From positions 1-52,179 of the forward strand of contig CAVFBE010000065.1 in assembly GCA_963620745.1 (NCBI GenBank): DNA of 52,179 bases, given 5' to 3'. The notes under the pieces were generated by a model that ran no database searches, was not told where the DNA came from, and saw only the letters and a list, made by a program, of their open reading frames with translations. The stretch comes from Muribaculaceae bacterium (GTDB lineage: Bacteria > Bacillota > Clostridia > Oscillospirales > Acutalibacteraceae). Below are positions 49,319 through 52,179 of this stretch, in pieces (positions within the stretch are counted from its first letter, which is position 1; each line of letters opens with the position of its first letter). Position numbers and translations under genes: made by a program.

Positions 49319-50169
49319 TGAAGAATAAGTTAAGTGTAACCGGAAAAATTTATATCCTGATTTTTTTCCTGATTCTGTATATTCCCATTGCCGTGCTCAT
49401 CCTGTTTTCGTTTAACAGCATTAACAGTACTTCTGTGTTTGGTGGGTTCTCTGTACACTGGTACCAGGAACTGGCTAAGGATGCTGCCACAAAGGTTGCT
49501 TTCCGCAACACTTTGGTACTGGCACTGGCATCTTCTGCCATTTCTACTGTTTTCGGCACCATCTTTTCCGTTGGGTACCATTATTCCAAAGCAAAGCACT
49601 ACAAGGGGTTGCTCATGACCACCAACAATATTCCGCTGATGAATCCGGATATTGTTACCGGTATCTCCATGATGCTCTTGTTTGTTTTCTTTGGTGCGCT
49701 TATTCAAAAATCCGGCGTGCTAAATTTCTGGACGCTGCTGATTGCGCATATTACCTTTCAGATGCCCTATGTCATCCTGAACATTTTGCCGCGGTTCCGG
49801 CAGATGGACAAGTATTTGGTAGAGGCGGCAGAAGATCTGGGCTGCACAGCCACGCAGGCCTTCTTTAAGGTTGCCCTGCCACAGATTAAATCCGGCATTA
49901 TTTCCGGTGCCATTATGGCATTTACCTTATCCTTGGATGACTTTGTTATTTCCTACTTTGTCAGCGGACCGGATTTCCAGACGTTGCCAATCCGGATTTA
50001 CTCCATGACCAAAAAGCGGGTTACTCCGGACATGTATGCCTTGTCCACGCTCATTTTTGTGGTTATGTTCCTGTTACTGATTGTTATCAACGTTATTGAA
50101 AACAGGGAAGAGGCCAAGCAGAAGAACCTGCAGAAGGCCTTCCGTGGCAGAAAGGGGCGTGCTAAATGA
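49318..50169 (+). CDS. potC: Spermidine/putrescine ABC transporter permease
   Basis: 283 aa with a TAATG stop/start overlap with potB. EAA loop VEAAEDLGCTATQ. Confidence 0.85.
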   Translation: MKNKLSVTGKIYILIFFLILYIPIAVLILFSFNSINSTSVFGGFSVHWYQELAKDAATKVAFRNTLVLALASSAISTVFGTIFSVGYHYSKAKHYKGLLMTTNNIPLMNPDIVTGISMMLLFVFFGALIQKSGVLNFWTLLIAHITFQMPYVILNILPRFRQMDKYLVEAAEDLGCTATQAFFKVALPQIKSGIISGAIMAFTLSLDDFVISYFVSGPDFQTLPIRIYSMTKKRVTPDMYALSTLIFVVMFLLLIVINVIENREEAKQKNLQKAFRGRKGRAK

Positions 50170-51395
50170 AAAAGTTTTTTGCCGTGCTGCTGACTTTGGT
50201 TTGCTGCTGCGCCGTTTTGCTTCTCCCGGCTTCTGCCGCCTCCATTCAGGATTACCCCATAGACGAAGAGTACTATAAGGACAATCCGTACCGCGGCACC
50301 ACGCTGAACGTGTACAACTGGGGCGAATACATTTCGGATGGCTCCGAAGACACCCTTGACGTCAATGCCTATTTTGAAGAGCTGACCGGTATCAAAATCA
50401 ATTACACCAACTTTGACTCCAATGAAGACATGTACGCCAAAGTAAAAAGCGGTGGCGCCAATTATGACGTAGTGTTCCCGTCTGACTACATGATTGAACG
50501 CATGCGAAACGAAGACATGCTGGTCAAGCTGGACTATAACAATATTCCAAACTACGCCAAGTACATTGACAGCAAATATAAGGGCCTGTATTACGATGAA
50601 AACGAAGAATACACCGTTCCCTACAATGTCGGCTATGTTGCCCTGATTTACAACACCAAACTGGTAAAGGAAGTTCCCACTTCCTGGAGCGTTCTCTGGG
50701 ATGAAGACTACGCCGGACAAATTCTGATGTTCAACAACGCCAGAGACGGCTTTGGCATTGCCATGTCTTACCTGGGTCTGGATTACAACACTACGGATCC
50801 GGAGGACTGGGAAAAGGCATATCAGGCACTGGTGGAACAAAAGCCACTGGTTCGCTCCTATGTCATGGACGAAGTATTCAACATTATGGAAAGCGGAGCA
50901 GCCGCCATGGCACCGTATTACGTAGGGGACTACTTCGTTATGGCCGAAAACAACCCGGATCTGGCCGTTGCATTCCCGGAAGAGGGGGCCAACATCTTTG
51001 TAGACGCGGCCTGCATTCCCAACACTACCCAGAACCAGGGTGCCGCAGAGCTTTATATCAATTTCCTCTGCGAGCCACAAATTGCCCTTGCTAATGCGGA
51101 AACCATTTGTTACGCAAGCCCGAATACGGCAGTGGTCAATGCGGAAGAATACACGTTTTATCAAAACACAACGTTATATCCGGAAGATGAAAGCCTGATG
51201 GAAAAATATCAGTACTTCCATAATCTGGATTCGGATACCCTGTCCCTGATGACCCAGCTCTGGTCTGACTTGAAGGTAGAGGGAATACAAAATAAATCCA
51301 CCTATATAGGACTGGGTATTTTCCTTGCTTTAGCCATCAGCTACGCCATTTATGCGTTTGCCCGGAAAAAGCGGCGGGAAAAGTATTATGATTAA
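50166..51395 (+). CDS. potD: Spermidine/putrescine ABC transporter substrate-binding protein, with an extra C-terminal TM segment
   Basis: 409 aa with an ATGA overlap with potC. Signal peptide MKKFFAVLLTLVCCCAVLLLPASA. PotD-like core (LNVYNWGEYI..., DVVFPSDYM). The C-terminus reads STYIGLGIFLALAISYAIYAFARKKRREKYYD. Confidence 0.85.
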   Translation: MKKFFAVLLTLVCCCAVLLLPASAASIQDYPIDEEYYKDNPYRGTTLNVYNWGEYISDGSEDTLDVNAYFEELTGIKINYTNFDSNEDMYAKVKSGGANYDVVFPSDYMIERMRNEDMLVKLDYNNIPNYAKYIDSKYKGLYYDENEEYTVPYNVGYVALIYNTKLVKEVPTSWSVLWDEDYAGQILMFNNARDGFGIAMSYLGLDYNTTDPEDWEKAYQALVEQKPLVRSYVMDEVFNIMESGAAAMAPYYVGDYFVMAENNPDLAVAFPEEGANIFVDAACIPNTTQNQGAAELYINFLCEPQIALANAETICYASPNTAVVNAEEYTFYQNTTLYPEDESLMEKYQYFHNLDSDTLSLMTQLWSDLKVEGIQNKSTYIGLGIFLALAISYAIYAFARKKRREKYYD

Positions 51396-51415
51396 CGAAA
51401 TTCTTTAGAATTCCA

Positions 51416-51444
51416 TTGACAGCAGGCAGTTCTATCAGTATAAT
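51416..51444 (+). promoter_or_regulatory. Consensus sigma-A promoter of tRNA-Leu
   Basis: TTGACA (51416-51421), 17-nt spacer, TATAAT (51439-51444). Perfect consensus. Confidence 0.7.
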
Positions 51445-51482
51445 TATGAATGTTGCGCAAGGGAAATATCCCTTACCAGCAT

Positions 51483-51567
51483 GCGAGAGTGGCGGAATCG
51501 GCAGACGCGCACGTTTGAGGGGCGTGTGGGGTGACTCGTACGGGTTCAAGTCCCGTCTCTCGCACCA
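51483..51567 (+). tRNA. tRNA-Leu (anticodon GAG), class II with a long variable arm, CCA encoded
   Basis: Acceptor GCGAGAG/CTCTCGC, anticodon arm CACGT-TTGAGGG-GCGTG, long variable arm, T-arm ACGGGTTCAAGTCCCGT, and a 3' ACCA. Confidence 0.9.
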
Positions 51568-51570
51568 GGA

Positions 51571-51602
51571 AAAGGACTTTCGTATGAAAGTCCTTTTTTT
51601 CT
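51571..51602 (+). terminator. Rho-independent terminator after tRNA-Leu
   Basis: AAAGGACTTTC-GTAT-GAAAGTCCTTT followed by a T-run. Confidence 0.85.
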
Positions 51603-51685
51603 ACCTATTGGTAACAGCATCTTTTTCCAGCGGTTCCAGAAGATGGCTCATTTAAAATAGTAATTACACTTTTAGAGGTAACTGT

Positions 51686-52030
51686 ATGAGAATATCTGTA
51701 AATTACGATAACGGACAAATTTTTCAGCACTTTGGTCGTACCAAGCTGTTTAAGCTTTATGATATAGAAGATGGAAAGATTGTAAATACCAAACTGCTTA
51801 TTGGTGCAGCGGAAGGTCACGGTGCACTTTCCAAACAGCTGAAGGAGAACCATGTTGATGTTGCCATCTGCGGCGGCCTGGGAACAGGAATGCTAAATGC
51901 GCTGGAAGCGGCCGGAATAAAGGTTTGCGCAAATGTCAGCGGAAATGCAGATGATGCCGTTGCAGCATACCTTAACGGCACCTTGAAGTATTCAAAAGAA
52001 GCTCATTCCTGCAGCGGACATCATCATTAA
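51686..52030 (+). CDS. NifB/NifX-family (dinitrogenase Fe-Mo cofactor biosynthesis domain) protein
   Basis: 114 aa. IFQHFGRTKLFKLYDIEDGKI...GHGALSKQLKENHVDVAICGGLGTGMLNALEAAGIKV matches the NifX/NifB-C domain layout. Confidence 0.75.
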   Translation: MRISVNYDNGQIFQHFGRTKLFKLYDIEDGKIVNTKLLIGAAEGHGALSKQLKENHVDVAICGGLGTGMLNALEAAGIKVCANVSGNADDAVAAYLNGTLKYSKEAHSCSGHHH

Positions 52031-52064
52031 CCGTTTTTTTAGATGAGGTGAAAGTGAAAGAAAA

Positions 52065-52179
52065 ATGGAATTATCTAAAATTGAGAAAAACGGTATTGTC
52101 TGCGCCGTTGTAAATAGTGAAACTTTGGTCATTACGGATGCGCAATCCGCTTTGGATGTGCTGATGTCTGCCAAGTACG
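52065..52179 (+). CDS. DUF4180-like protein, truncated at the 3' end by the window edge
   Basis: ATG at 52065. MELSKIEKNGIVCAVVNSETLVITDAQSALDVLMSAKY resembles DUF4180 N-termini (recalled from memory). Confidence 0.45.
   Translation, partial: MELSKIEKNGIVCAVVNSETLVITDAQSALDVLMSAKY

Noticed and set aside
49998-51164. A 388-aa ORF on the minus strand, antisense to potD and potC.
   Set aside because: It is codon-aligned with potD, shows no start-site signals, and the sense strand carries clear PotC/PotD motifs.
51416-51655. A 79-aa plus-strand ORF covering tRNA-Leu and its terminator.
   Set aside because: It overlaps the promoter, the tRNA and the terminator, and has no RBS.

Overview
This 52-kb window is chromosomal sequence from a Gram-positive anaerobe, probably Bacillota, class Clostridia, perhaps Oscillospiraceae-like (low confidence on family). 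Supporting evidence: AGGAGG-type ribosome binding sites, a perfect CIRCE operator in front of groES-groEL, tilS-hpt-ftsH synteny, tRNA genes that encode their own CCA ends, and an SLH-type wall anchor. Most of the window is housekeeping:
- gdpP' (C-terminal fragment), rplI, dnaB, tilS, hpt, ftsH
- a type IIA topoisomerase B/A pair, secG, tRNA-Lys, aroK, guaB
- a tRNA(CAU)-Trp-Thr operon, groES-groEL, uvrB, uvrA, potABCD, tRNA-Leu(GAG)

Between these blocks are short accessory-looking stretches:
- a Zn-PLC-like protein with a UMF1 MFS transporter
- a secreted SGNH hydrolase with an SLH domain
- an nfeD gene followed by a giant PrsA-like foldase
- two paralogous membrane-anchored proteins followed by a small NERD protein
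- DUF5662, a leaderless lipase, two GH2 glycosidases and a Nudix hydrolase
- a SorC regulator divergent from a BON-FAD-BFD oxidoreductase
- an O-antigen-ligase-like protein, a CNNM transporter and an RluA-family synthase
- an SCP2-like protein with a class III aminotransferase, then a GDPD gene
- a MATE transporter, a NifX-like protein and DUF4180

I found no CRISPR array, integrase, transposase, prophage or recognisable multi-gene defence system. The window therefore contains no convincing undescribed system. The best candidates for uncharacterised biology are:
1. the strongly promoted operon of a tandem SCP2-like protein and a GSA-aminomutase-like PLP enzyme (37976-40028);
2. the SorC-regulated BON/FAD/[2Fe-2S] oxidoreductase;
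3. the 665-aa membrane foldase with a Lys-rich tail and Ser/Asp-rich inserts, coupled to an orphan NfeD;
4. the cluster of two paralogues plus a NERD protein.

All functional calls come from motif recognition by eye and were not checked against databases.
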